Below are positions 49,989 through 59,876 of a DNA stretch of 64,000 bases, one piece after another. Position 1 is the first letter of the stretch. The number at the start of each line of letters is the position of its first letter. Origin of the DNA: an uncultured Candidatus Rokubacteria bacterium (GTDB lineage Bacteria; Methylomirabilota; Methylomirabilia; Rokubacteriales; CSP1-6). The notes below the pieces were generated by a model. That model had not been told where the DNA came from. It did not search any database and worked only from the letters and a program-made list of their open reading frames with translations. The stretch lies in contig CAVWWD010000009.1 in assembly GCA_963758635.1 (NCBI GenBank), positions 101,448 through 165,447 on the forward strand, given 5' to 3'. The translations under genes and the position numbers were made by a program.

Positions 49989-50166
49989 CTAACCGGCGCG
50001 CCGCCGCGTGCCGCCCAGACCGCGAGATGCATGATGTGCCTGGGCAGCTCGCGCGACCGGGTGGCGCGACTGCGTAGTTAATTCAGTTGATTGAATTACT
50101 TAGGTGCGGGCGCCCGGGCTCCGCCTGCCTGCACCTTGCGCCAACCGAACGGGGGCGGGTCCGTAT

Positions 50167-50688
50167 TCACGGGCGGAGATCGAGCAGCATCAGGTGGCAG
50201 CGGCCGAGGCGGGGCGCGTCGTACTGGCGGGCGATCCGGAAGCCGGCCTTCTCGAACGCGCGGTGCGCTCGCGTGTTCTCGATCTCGGTGGTGAGGCCGA
50301 GCATCGGCACCGTGGGATCGCGGCGGATCTCGGCCACGAGGGCCACGAGCGCGGCCGGACCCACTCCCCTGCCGATGGCGCTCGCGCTCAGCAGGATGTC
50401 CGCGTCGACGGAATTGGCGGGGATCTCGGTCAGGCCGAGCGTGTCGAGCGTGGCGCGATCGACGCGCTGCCACCGGAGATAGCCGACCTCCGCGGCGCCC
50501 GACGCGACGATGGCCTGCGCGGCGCCATCGGGCGGGCTGGACGCGAACACCAGGTCGTCCTGCGGATGGCGGTACCACCGCGCGACGTGGGGCTCCCGCA
50601 GCCACCGCGCCAGCAGCATCAGGTGCGACGGCTGGAAGGGCCGCAGCGTCACCGCTTCGGCGCGTGTCCCCTGGCTCGTGCCGCTCAC
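50167..50688 (-). CDS. GNAT N-acetyltransferase (Acetyltransf_8 type)
   Basis: LARWLREPHVARW, GRGVG, NTRAHRAFEKAGF. Confidence 0.85.
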   Translation of the reverse strand: MSGTSQGTRAEAVTLRPFQPSHLMLLARWLREPHVARWYRHPQDDLVFASSPPDGAAQAIVASGAAEVGYLRWQRVDRATLDTLGLTEIPANSVDADILLSASAIGRGVGPAALVALVAEIRRDPTVPMLGLTTEIENTRAHRAFEKAGFRIARQYDAPRLGRCHLMLLDLRP

Positions 50689-50705
50689 CGCGCGCCGGCC
50701 GCGGG

Positions 50706-52422
50706 CTACGCGGGCAGGCGGCTGTAGATGTCGTGCACCTCCGCCCCGTGGAAGCGCGCCACGTGGTTGGTGGGCGGCAGCGGCTCCTGGTAGAAGAACG
50801 CGGGCAGCTCGTCGTCCGCCGCGGTGAAGCCGGCGCGCCGGTTGAACTCGTGCTCCAGGCGCAGCGTCTCCCGGCCCAGCGCCTCGAAGAAGTCCGGGGT
50901 GAGGCTGGTGCCGTGGGCGGCGTTGATGGCGTTGGTCAGGAAGTCCAGGTTGGCGTTGGTCACGCCGCCGCCGAAGATGCAGAAGCCGAGCGAGTCGTTG
51001 GCGGCCACGCGCGTCTGCTGGAGCAGGCTCTGCTCGACGATGGCCGGGAGATCCATCTCCCGGGTCTTGAGCCGCGGCAGGTTGCCCGCGGTGTGGTCGG
51101 CGCCCTGGGCGGTGGCCATCATGGTGACGCCGGTGGCCTCGACCACGCGCGGGTCGTACGCGCTGATCGCCTGCTTCTTGATCACGGGCACGCGGGCCAC
51201 GTGGTAGTGCTCGCCGACGCGCGCCGTGCCCTGGGCCCAGATGCGGCCGTTCGGGGTGCCGCGGCCGATCTCGGCCAGGCAGTCGGCCATGAACCTCACG
51301 TCGCCGAAGGCGCCGAGGCCGGCCTCCATGAGGACGGCGATCATCGCGCCGGTCTCGATGGTGTCCACGCCCAGGTCGTTGGCGATGTAGTTCATCTGCG
51401 CGAGGTCGTCCGGGTCGCTGAGGCCGCAGTTGGTGCCGAGGAGCCCGAGCGTCTCGTACTCGACGGGGGACACGACCTCCTTGCCGCCGGCGTCGTGGTA
51501 GACGTTGCTGCACTGGATCACGCAGCCGGGCATGCACGCGTGGGTGTGGTCGCCGCCGCGCGAGGCGTTGAGCGGGGCGATGTGCTCGCCGCCCATCTTG
51601 AACTTCTCGCCCGCGGCCACGTTGGCCTGCTGGCCCGCGCTGAAGTTCCGCACCGGGAGGCCGCCCATCGCGTTCTGGAGGTCGGCCATGCCCATCGTGC
51701 CGATCTTCGCGTAGAAGTTCGTCACCATGGAGTCGGCCTGGAGCATCTTGGCGTAGTCCTTGATGGCCGCGTTCACCTTCTTCGGCTCGGCGAACTGCGG
51801 GATGCGGTCGAGGTCGACCACCACCGCCTTCACCCGCTTCGCGCCCATCACCGCGCCCACGCCGCCGCGCGCGGATAGCCGGGCCGGACGCCCGTCCTTG
51901 TCGCTGAAGGCGATGCCCGCGATGAGGCCCTGGTACTCGCCGACGGGCCCGCACAGCGCGATCGTCACCTTCTTGCCGTAGCGCTCGTGCAGCATGCGCT
52001 GGGCCTCGAAGTTGCCCTTGCCCAGGTACGGCGCGGCGTCGTCGAACTCGACGCACGCCGCCCTTCTTCATGTGGATGACCACCCAGTCGGGCGATGCGC
52101 CGTGCAGCGTGAAGCCCGCGATGCCGAGCTGGCCCAGGCCGTAGCTGAACGTGCCCCCGCCGTTGGCCTCCTTGACGCCGCCGGTGAGCGGGCTCTTGCA
52201 GCCCACGCTGGTGCGGTTCGCGTTCGAGAAGCTCGAGCCCGCGAAGGGCCCGGCCGAGAAGATCAGCGGATTCGCGGGCGACAGGGGATCGACATCGGCC
52301 GCGTTCAGGTCGAGGAGCGTGCGGGCGATGAAGTAGCGTCCGGCCCTGACGATGGCCTCGCCCGAGAGGTCGTGCTTGGTGACCTGGCGGTCTTCCAGAT
52401 GGATGTCGTAGTACGCGCGCAT
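50706..52422 (-). CDS. Aldehyde:ferredoxin oxidoreductase family protein (frameshift ~52055)
   Basis: KSPLTGGVKEANGGG, RGGVGAVMGAK, CMPGCVIQC, EYET, DLGVDTI, AYDPR. Confidence 0.88.
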
Positions 52423-52535
52423 GGAGCCCTCCTGGAGTCGGTCCGGCTCGGTCGTGACCGTGACTATAGCCTCCAGGAGGGCTTCCGTCCAATCGCGCGG
52501 CCAGCCGGGCGGCAAGCGCGCTGGCCGGCGCGGGT

Positions 52536-52997
52536 TTACCGCTTCTGCTGCTCCCGCCACTCGCGGATCTGGGCGCTGTGCTCCCGGTAGTGCGCGGGCC
52601 CCACGCCGTCGAACAGGCTCCGCGCCGTCTCCCCGTCGGCGAAGTGCTTGTCGGGCAAGACGGCCGCCGCGGCCATGAGGGCCCGGTGCGAGTCGTCCAG
52701 CTCGGCCACCACCGCCGCCGCCTTCACGCCGCGCTTGGCCTCGACGAAGCGCGCGTTCCATGCGTCGTAGTCGTCGTAGGAGACGCCGTCGGGGTGCGGG
52801 GACTCGCCCCGCCCCAGCCGGGCCAGGGCCGGGATCATCTCCCGGTGCCAGCCGGAGACGTGGGCCAGGATCTCGCGCACGCCCCACGTGCCGAGGAACG
52901 CTCGGCCCATGGCGTCCTCCGGAAGACCGGTCACCGCCTGCCGGAGCTCCGTGAAGGCGGCCTCTCCCTCGTGCAGCAGCTTGTCCTTGTCGCTCAT
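52536..52997 (-). CDS. DinB-like four-helix bundle protein (ClbS/DfsB-like)
   Basis: WGVREILAHVSGW, HYREH. Confidence 0.78.
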   Translation of the reverse strand: MSDKDKLLHEGEAAFTELRQAVTGLPEDAMGRAFLGTWGVREILAHVSGWHREMIPALARLGRGESPHPDGVSYDDYDAWNARFVEAKRGVKAAAVVAELDDSHRALMAAAAVLPDKHFADGETARSLFDGVGPAHYREHSAQIREWREQQKR

Positions 52998-53050
52998 GGG
53001 TCCCTCCCGTTGATCCGTGATGGATGCTTCACGGGATCGAGGACCCCGGA

Positions 53051-53079
53051 CGACGCCGGCCGTGAAAAGGCCGGCGTCG
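53051..53079. terminator. GC-rich hairpin, possible terminator or mRNA stabiliser
   Basis: CGACGCCGGCC-GTGAAAA-GGCCGGCGTCG just after the 53118 stop; no U-tract. Confidence 0.4.
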
Positions 53080-53117
53080 CCCTCGGCGGGCTCGCGACCG
53101 GTCGGGTCTGCCGCCGA

Positions 53118-53960
53118 TCAGGTCTGCTGGAGCAGCCGGCGGGCGGCTTCCTCCACGGTCGGGGGCGGCGTGTCCTTGAAGACGGAGAGGCGCCGGTAGA
53201 TCTCTCCCGCCGCCTCGTGGAAGCCGGGCGGGAGCCCGGCCGACTTCATCGAGCGGGCGATCTCGTCCATCTCGCCGACGAAGCGCCAAGCCTTGCGAGA
53301 GTTGTCGCGGATGGCCCGCTCCGAGCGCGCGGTGGCCTCGGGCTGGGAGAGCTTCCACTCCGCGAGCAGCGCGTCGGCCACGCCCTCGGCGGCGGCCAGG
53401 GCCCGGACGCAGGCGATGAGCGCCTGGCTGCCCTTCGTCCAGGCGGCGTAGGACATCTTGAGAGCGGACGCGGCGCCCGCGGGGGCGTCGAGGACGACGG
53501 CGTTCACCGGACCCGCGCTGAAGAGCGGCGCCACCTCGCTCGCGCCGGCGCCGGACAGGTAGAGCCGCGCCGCGCCAGGCACGCGGTTGGCCGGCCCGAT
53601 GATCCCGCCGTCGACGAACCGGGCGCCCGCGCCCTCGACGACCGAGGCGATCTGGCGCGCGGTCTCGGGGGCGACGGCGTTCGCGTCGACGTAGAGGCCC
53701 CGGAAGCCGCGGCCGATCACGTGGCGCGCCACGTCGAGCGCGGCGTGAGGCGGCACCACCGACAGGACGATCTCGCTGACCCCGGTGAGCCCGTCGAGCG
53801 TGCCCGCGTCCTCCAGGCCGATCTCCCGGGCGCGTTCCGCCGTCGCGCTGCCGCGCCCTTCCGATACCCAGAGAACGCGGGCGCCGCTGGCCACCACCGA
53901 CGCGCCGACCGCCGTGCCCATCTCACCGGGATTCAGGAGCCCGATCGTCTTGCCGCTCAT
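53118..53960 (-). CDS. NAD(P)-dependent oxidoreductase, 6PGD/3HIBADH-like with DUF1932
   Basis: GLLNPGEMG, VDANAVAP, VDGGIIG, ASALKMSYAAWTKG, KAWRFVGEM. Confidence 0.85.
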   Translation of the reverse strand: MSGKTIGLLNPGEMGTAVGASVVASGARVLWVSEGRGSATAERAREIGLEDAGTLDGLTGVSEIVLSVVPPHAALDVARHVIGRGFRGLYVDANAVAPETARQIASVVEGAGARFVDGGIIGPANRVPGAARLYLSGAGASEVAPLFSAGPVNAVVLDAPAGAASALKMSYAAWTKGSQALIACVRALAAAEGVADALLAEWKLSQPEATARSERAIRDNSRKAWRFVGEMDEIARSMKSAGLPPGFHEAAGEIYRRLSVFKDTPPPTVEEAARRLLQQT

Positions 53961-54060
53961 CGTCAAGCCTCCACTGTGAAGTCGGTGTCGCAAGCGCTGC
54001 TCCGTAGTTCCGAGCCTGGCGGAGTCTGGCACCCGCCGCGAACGGGTGTCAAGCCGACGG

Positions 54061-54189
54061 CCCGGCGAGGAGGTGCGCGCGATCGCGGCGGGAGCCTACG
54101 CGGTCGTCGTGGGCACCGCGATCACGCGGCCCCACGTGATCACCGGCATGTTCGCCGGCGCGATCGCGCGACGGATCGCTGCGCTATGA
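54061..54189 (+). pseudogene. C-terminal remnant resembling N-acetylmannosamine-6-phosphate epimerase (NanE)
   Basis: Translates RAIAAGAYAVVVGTAITRPHVITGMF...*, resembling the NanE tail GAxAVVVGxAITRP; no 5' part present. Confidence 0.6.
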
Positions 54190-54243
54190 TGGCTCGGGCC
54201 GTCGCCGGCCGGTCACGGGCGACGCCGGAGGGGCTGCGAATGA

Positions 54244-54727
54244 ATGGCGAGGCGGCAGATGACGCCGTGCAGGCTCCGCTGCCCGTGGTCTCGTTCTCGT
54301 CGCGTCACTGATCGCCGCCCTGGCCGCGGCCGCGCCGGCCCTCGCCCAGGACGCCGGGCACGTCAAGGTGATCAAGGGCACCGTCCGCCTCCAGCGCGCC
54401 GCCCAGGCCATGGCGGCCACGGTGGGCATGAAGGTCCAGCAGGGCGACGTGCTGACCACGGGCGCCGACGGCTCCGTCGGCATCACCTTCCTGGACAACA
54501 GCCTGCTCTCGGCCGGCCCGAACAGCGTGCTCTCCATCGACCGCTTCGCCTTCGATACCACCACGCACACCGGCGCGCTCGAGACGTCGCTGCGCTCGGG
54601 CACCCTGGCCGCCGTCTCCGGGAAGATCGCCAAGCAGTCCCCGGGGGCGATGAAGGTGCGCACCCCGTCGGCCGTGCTCGGCGTGCGGGGGACGGAGTTC
54701 GCCGCGCGGACCGGGCCGACGCGGTGA
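54244..54727 (+). CDS. FecR domain-containing exported protein (frameshift ~54300)
   Basis: ALAQDAGHVKVIKG, GDVLTTGADGSVGITFLDNS, TPSAVLGVRGTEF. Confidence 0.82.
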
Positions 54728-55383
54728 TCCATCCGGTGCGACCGGGCGCTCGCCGGCTCGCCGTCCTCGTCGTCGTGGGAACCCTCGCGCTGGCGGCGTG
54801 CGCGCGCGTCCCGCGCGTGGCCGAGCCGCCGCCCCCCGCGGCCGCGGCCCCGACCGACCTCTACGTGCTCCTCCCCTCGGCCGACGGCCACGCCGGCGCG
54901 CTGGTGGTCACCCAGGGCGCCACCGAGCGCGTGCTCGACGCGCCGTACGCGGCGGCGCGGATCAAGAGCGATGGGACCGTCGAGATGGGCGTGGCCACGC
55001 AGCAGGAGGTCCAGCAGGTGTTCGGCGACGCCCTCGCCGCCCTGCCGCCGCGGCCGGTGTCGTTCGTCCTCTACTTCCGCGAGGGCACGGACGAGCTCAC
55101 GCCGGAGTCGACGCAGCTCGTCCGCCAGGTGTTCGACGAGATCGCGCGCCACCCCGCGGCGGAGGTGCTGGTGATCGGCCACACGGACCGGGTGGGCTCC
55201 GTCCAGGCCAACGACCGCCTGTCGCTCCGCCGCGCCGAGCGCCTGCGCGACGAGCTGGTGAAGCTGGGCGCGGCCGCCGATCGCGTGCAGGTGTCCGGCC
55301 GGGGCGAGCGCGAGCCGCTCGTGGCGACGGCCGACGAGGTCGCCGAGCCGAAGAACCGCCGCGTCGAGGTCACCGTCCGCTAG
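54724..55383 (+). CDS. OmpA family lipoprotein
   Basis: Lipobox LAAC, IGHTDRVG..NDRLSLRRA, GRGEREP, NRRVEV; GTGA coupling. Confidence 0.9.
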   Translation: MIHPVRPGARRLAVLVVVGTLALAACARVPRVAEPPPPAAAAPTDLYVLLPSADGHAGALVVTQGATERVLDAPYAAARIKSDGTVEMGVATQQEVQQVFGDALAALPPRPVSFVLYFREGTDELTPESTQLVRQVFDEIARHPAAEVLVIGHTDRVGSVQANDRLSLRRAERLRDELVKLGAAADRVQVSGRGEREPLVATADEVAEPKNRRVEVTVR

Positions 55384-55417
55384 AGTCCGGCCAGCGGCGC
55401 CGCGGGCGGCGAGGGGT

Positions 55418-55642
55418 TCAGGAGGCGCGGCGGCCCAGCTTGTCGAGGAAGTCGGTGAGCTTCGCGACCTCCACGTACTCGTCGCCCTTGTCCCGGATCG
55501 TCAACCGGTAGCCCCGCTCGTTGTCGCGGCGCCAGGCCACGATCAAGCCCTTCTGAAAGGCGCTGGTGAGCACGTCGCGATCGCCGGTGAGGACCTCAGG
55601 GGGGGCGGGGGGCGTAACGACCTTCGTCCGTCGTGGCTTCAT
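55418..55642 (-). CDS. Small hypothetical protein
   Basis: 74 aa, RBS AGGAGG, divergent from the GntR gene. Confidence 0.6.
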   Translation of the reverse strand: MKPRRTKVVTPPAPPEVLTGDRDVLTSAFQKGLIVAWRRDNERGYRLTIRDKGDEYVEVAKLTDFLDKLGRRAS

Positions 55643-55697
55643 GGCTCGGCCTCCTGGGCGGAACGTGGGATGATGCCTCCTGGACCATCACGGAGAC

Positions 55698-55785
55698 TGT
55701 ATCCATGACATAGTACACCAGCCCTGTGATCCTGGCGATCAGCCCTTGACAGAGCCGCACATCAGTGTACTAATACACGCATACA
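55698..55785. promoter_or_regulatory. Two TGTA-N12-TACA operators and a TTGACA -35 box in a divergent promoter
   Basis: TGTATCCATGACATAGTACA (55698-55717), TGTACTAATACACGCATACA (55766-55785), TTGACA (55746-55751). Confidence 0.65.
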
Positions 55786-55787
55786 GT

Positions 55788-57097
55788 ATGCGCCTGCCGA
55801 TGCGATTGCGCGTTGACGAGCAGAGCCCGATCCCGATCCGCCGCCAGCTCACCGAGCAGCTGAAGCACGTGATCGAGGGCGGCGGGGTGCCCGGGACAAG
55901 GCGATGCCGAGCATCCGGGAGCTCGCCGGCTTCCTCGGCATCAACCCCAACACCGTCGCTCGCGTCGTCGACGATCTCAAGCGCAGCGGGTACGTGGTGG
56001 CGCGTCGCGGCAAGGGTGTGTTCGTCGCCCCGGCGCCGCCCGTGCGGCCGGCGTCCATCCTGCGGGAGCAATTCCTGAAGACCGTGCTCATCCGGGCCGC
56101 CGCCCTGGGGATGACGGCCGACGACGTGGCCGTGAGCCTGTTGAGCGTCGCCGGGAGCCATCCGCCCGCGGTGCAGGGCGAGGTCACCGTCCTCCTCGTC
56201 GAGTGCAGCCACGCCGAGCTCGACTTCTACGCCGGCGCGCTCGAGACGCAGCTGCCCGTCAGCGTCGACCGCGTGCTCCTCGCCGATCTCGAGGCCACGG
56301 CGGGACGACCGAGACGGGCGAGTCGCTGGCGAGCGGCCGTCACGAGCTTCTGTCACCTCCCGGAGGTCGAGCGGTGCCTGCAGGGGCGGGGAATTCCCGT
56401 GATCGCGCTTCTCGCCGAGGCGCACCTCGAGACGCTCCACCGCCTCGCCCAGCTGCCGTCCGGCACGCGTGTGGGCGTGGCCGCGGCCCCCGTCGAGACC
56501 GCTCACAATCTCGAGCTCTCGATCGCCAACGCCCAGCTGCCCAACATCATCCTGGCCGGAGCGTCGCCGGCCGAGGGAGCGGGCCTGGGCCGGCTGGTCC
56601 GGCGGGTCGACGTCGTGGTCTGTTCCACCGCGGCGGCGGAGCGGGTGCGGGCGCTCGCCGGACCGGACGTGCAGATCGTGATCGACGATCGCGCGCTCGA
56701 CCCGCGGGCGATCGAGATGCTCGCGGGCATCCTGGTCCGGCAGGCCCACGACGACGCGGCGCCCGCGCCCCCGCGCGATCCGCGCACCCGCGCCGATGGC
56801 CGCCGCGCGAGCGCGCTCCGCGCGCCCGACAGTGCGGCGAGCCCGACCGGGAAGCGCGCAGGCCCGCCGCGAAGGACGCCAGAAGACCTTGAGCGCTCAC
56901 GGCCCCGAGGGCGGAGTCGTGGGGAGGCGCGGGGGGCCGCGCAGGGAGTTCACGCAATGATCCGGAGGCGAACCGAGGAGAGAACGTCATGGACTCGAGT
57001 AAGGAGAACGCAAGCTTCGCCCGGCGATGGCGCGAGGCCCGACTCAAGAAGGTGGCCACGTTCTGGGCGTGCGTGGCCACCGCGGTGGTCACGATGA
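55788..57097 (+). CDS. GntR family regulator with long C-terminal domain (PlmA-like; frameshift ~55895, 3' end uncertain)
   Basis: PIRRQLTEQL, PSIRELAGFLGINPNTVARV, RRGKGVFV. The true stop may be earlier (~56892), since the ORF overlaps the next gene. Confidence 0.8.
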
Positions 57098-57372
57098 TCG
57101 TTGGCTTCGCCTGGGGCGGATGGGTGACGGGTGGAACGGCGACGACGATGGCGGAGGCGAGGGGACAGGAGGCCGTCGTGAAGCGCCTGACGCCCATCTG
57201 TGTCCTCCAGTACAAGCAGGACCCCAAGAAGGTCCAGAAGCTCGCGGAGTTCCAGGACGTGAGCTCATGGCTGCAGACCGACTACGTGAAGAAGCAGGGG
57301 TGGGCGACGATACCCGGCGAGACGGAGGCGGACGGCAACGTCGCCGAAGCCTGCGCCAAGCTGCTCAAGTAG
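56989..57372 (+). CDS. Hypothetical membrane-anchored protein
   Basis: RBS GAGGAG, TM segment with GFAWGGWVTGGTA, PIC...ACA cysteine pair. Confidence 0.7.
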   Translation: MDSSKENASFARRWREARLKKVATFWACVATAVVTMIVGFAWGGWVTGGTATTMAEARGQEAVVKRLTPICVLQYKQDPKKVQKLAEFQDVSSWLQTDYVKKQGWATIPGETEADGNVAEACAKLLK

Positions 57373-57380
57373 GCGCCCTG

Positions 57381-57602
57381 ATGCCCCGCTCACCCGCGAG
57401 ACCGTTCTACTGCACGGTCGTGTCCGAGCCCGTGACGATCGCCCTCCGGCGGCGAAACTCGCTGCACGCCCCGGGGAAGCTCTACGTCCACTGCAGCGAG
57501 CGCGACTGCCAGCACGTCGACACCAATGCGCCGCCCTGCCCGCTCACGCTCGAGCCCTTTGCCGACGAGATCCGGGAGCGGGCGGCGGCTCGGCAGGGCT
57601 GA
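57381..57602 (+). CDS. Small Cys-rich hypothetical protein
   Basis: 73 aa; FYC, HCSERDCQH, PPCPL. Confidence 0.6.
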   Translation: MPRSPARPFYCTVVSEPVTIALRRRNSLHAPGKLYVHCSERDCQHVDTNAPPCPLTLEPFADEIRERAAARQG

Positions 57603-57621
57603 GGTCAGCCGGCCCGGCCAG

Positions 57622-57699
57622 TGAGCCTCGCGCTTCTGACCAATGCCGAACGGTGGGACTGTAGAGGCCCGTGGCGGTTACCGTATTCTGCGCGGGTCG
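57622..57699. mobile_element. MITE-like family B, copy 3
   Basis: Highly similar to 29232-29307; supplies the current stop codon of the phosphatase gene. Confidence 0.7.
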
Positions 57700-59876
57700 C
57701 CCGAGCCGGCGTCGGCGGGAGGCCGGGACGGCCCCTCGCCGGTCCACCGCAGGACGAGGATGGCGACATCGTCCGCCGCCTCCTCGCTCCCCGCGAAGCT
57801 CAGCACCTCGTCCCGGATGCGCTGCACGATCTCCGCGGCGGGCGCCGCGGAGAGGTGGCGTAGCAGCTCCTCGAGCCGCGGGCGGCCGTAGAAACCGCCG
57901 GTCGCATCGACGGCGTCGATGACGCCGTCGGTCAGGAGACAGAGGGCGGCGCCGGCGGGCAGTCGGTACGTGCTCGCCGTGTAGGGGAAGTCGTCCACGA
58001 CGCACAGGGGCGGACCTCCGCCTTCGGCGAGACGGCCGAGCGCGGCGCCGTCAGGCGGCACGACGTACGGGGCGTCGTGGCCCGCGCAACAGTACTCGAC
58101 CTCGCCGGTGCCCGCGTCGAGGATGCCCGCGAAGGCCGTCACGAAGAGCCCCTCGGCGTTGTCGCGCGAGATCTCGGCGTTGGCCTCCCGGATGATGGCG
58201 GCCACGTCGCCGCCGCGGCGGAGCGCCGCGCTCTTGCAGAGGACCTTGCTGACCGCCATGAACAGGCTCCCGGGCAGCCCCTTGCCCGCGACGTCGCCGA
58301 TGACGAAGAACGCGCGGTCGTCGTCGAGCCAGAAGAGGTCGTACAGGTCCCCGCCGACCTCGCGCGCCGGCTCGAGGAAGCCGGCGACCTCGACGCGCGC
58401 GTCGCCGCCGAGCGCGGTGGACGGGATCGGCAGGATGCCCATCTGGATGCGCCGGGCCGCCTCCAGCTCCCCCGCCATGCGCGCCGCTTCGTCGCGCCGG
58501 CGTTCGACCTCCCGCCGGAGGACCCGGCGCTGGCTCTGGACCTCGGTCAGGGTGACCCCGAGCATGACGGTGAAGAGCGTGACGAGGCCGACCCCGGGCG
58601 ACACCACGTCGAAGAGCACGCGAGCGCCGAGGTAGAGCGCCGCGCCCGCGCCGACCACGGCGGCCACGACCGCGGCCACCGCCGCCGCCGAGAGCCGGGC
58701 GGGCAGCGCAGGGACCCCGAGCACGATCGCGAGGCCGCCGGCGGCGAGCAGAGCCGCCTCGACCCACCGCGCCCAGCGCGGGCGGGACAGGAAGTCCCCG
58801 TCGAAGACGCCCTCGAGGACCTGGGCATGGATCTCCGGGCCGAGCATGCGGGAGGCGACCGGCGTCGCCTTGTAGTCCCAGAGCGCGAGCGCGGTGACGC
58901 CCACGATCACGAGCTTCTTCTCGAAGATCCGGGGATCGGCGGTGCCCGCGAGCACTTCGGCCGCCGACACGAGCCGATCGGGATCCGGCCGCGAGTAGTG
59001 GACCCACACGCTGCCGTCGGGCTCGGTCGGGATCGAGAGATCGCCGACGCCGACCGCCTCGATGCCGCCCGGGCCCACCCGCACGTCGAGCGCGGGCGCC
59101 CGCGCGGCGACCCGCAGCATCTCCAGGCTGAGCGCGGGGGCCACCGTGGGGCCGACGGACGCCACCAGCGGCACGCGGCGGACCACGCCGTACTCCGGCT
59201 CCACGTTGAGCAGTCCGCGTCCGGCGGCGGCCCGCGCGAGCGGGTCCACGCTCTGGAGCGCGTCCCCGAATGGCCGGACCCAGCGCAGGGGATCGCCGCC
59301 CACCGTGCGCAGCGGCGCCTGGGGCAGGCTGGTGACGGCCGACCTCCGGCCCGGGTCGAGGCCGGCCACGGCGAGCACGACGGGCAGCTTCGCGAGCGAC
59401 GCCGCGAGCACGGCGTCATTGCCCGGGAGGCGCGCGAGCCGTTCCGCGACCTCGGGATCCAGACGGGGCACGAGTCGGACGAGCTGATCGGGCGACAGGC
59501 GATCGGGCTCCGGCATCAGGATGTCGATCCCGATGGCCGCGGGCCCGCCCGTGCCGATCACGTCCAGCAGGCGCGCGAGGAGCGGGCGTGGCCACGGCCA
59601 CTGTCCGTGCGCGGCGAGGCTCGCGTCGTCGATGGCCACCACGAGGGCGGGCGCCGACACGCGGGCGCGCGGCGCCCACGCCTGGCACGCGTCGAACCAC
59701 GCCAGGCGGACGGCCCGGAGGGCGCGCCCCTCCCACCCGAAGAGCGCGACGAGGAGGACCAGGAGGAGCAAGAGGCCGAGGGGGCGGCCGCGGCGCCCGC
59801 GGAGCAGGCGCGCCCACCGGCGTTCGGTCCAGGACGCGGCCTCCGGCGCGGCGGGCGCGGACCGCGCCTGGGTCAG
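57678..59876 (-). CDS. CHASE2 sensor + PP2C/SpoIIE serine phosphatase
   Basis: VAIDDASL..GQWPWPR, DILMPEPD, GPEIHAQ, TM helices, ARRIQ, VGGDLYD, IGDVAGKG, TDGV, DDVAI. Start CTG 59876 or TTG 59771. Confidence 0.92.
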   Translation of the reverse strand: MTQARSAPAAPEAASWTERRWARLLRGRRGRPLGLLLLLVLLVALFGWEGRALRAVRLAWFDACQAWAPRARVSAPALVVAIDDASLAAHGQWPWPRPLLARLLDVIGTGGPAAIGIDILMPEPDRLSPDQLVRLVPRLDPEVAERLARLPGNDAVLAASLAKLPVVLAVAGLDPGRRSAVTSLPQAPLRTVGGDPLRWVRPFGDALQSVDPLARAAAGRGLLNVEPEYGVVRRVPLVASVGPTVAPALSLEMLRVAARAPALDVRVGPGGIEAVGVGDLSIPTEPDGSVWVHYSRPDPDRLVSAAEVLAGTADPRIFEKKLVIVGVTALALWDYKATPVASRMLGPEIHAQVLEGVFDGDFLSRPRWARWVEAALLAAGGLAIVLGVPALPARLSAAAVAAVVAAVVGAGAALYLGARVLFDVVSPGVGLVTLFTVMLGVTLTEVQSQRRVLRREVERRRDEAARMAGELEAARRIQMGILPIPSTALGGDARVEVAGFLEPAREVGGDLYDLFWLDDDRAFFVIGDVAGKGLPGSLFMAVSKVLCKSAALRRGGDVAAIIREANAEISRDNAEGLFVTAFAGILDAGTGEVEYCCAGHDAPYVVPPDGAALGRLAEGGGPPLCVVDDFPYTASTYRLPAGAALCLLTDGVIDAVDATGGFYGRPRLEELLRHLSAAPAAEIVQRIRDEVLSFAGSEEAADDVAILVLRWTGEGPSRPPADAGSGDPRRIR

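Noticed and set aside
50075-50102. Canonical dif site
   Set aside because: Neither arm matches the XerD consensus TTATGTTAAAT; kept only as an unexplained dyad.
50167-52887. 906-aa and 834-aa (59873-62377) multi-domain fusion ORFs
   Set aside because: Artefacts of frameshifts chaining parts of separate genes in one frame.
53962-54055. Possible riboswitch in the leader with a GTCAAGCC direct repeat
   Set aside because: No recognisable aptamer consensus; the second copy is explained by a minus-strand TTGACA box.
22572-57699. Dispersed repeats as a CRISPR array or integron attC sites
   Set aside because: Not tandem with spacers, no cas or intI genes, and ends do not fit RYYYAAC/GTTRRRY.
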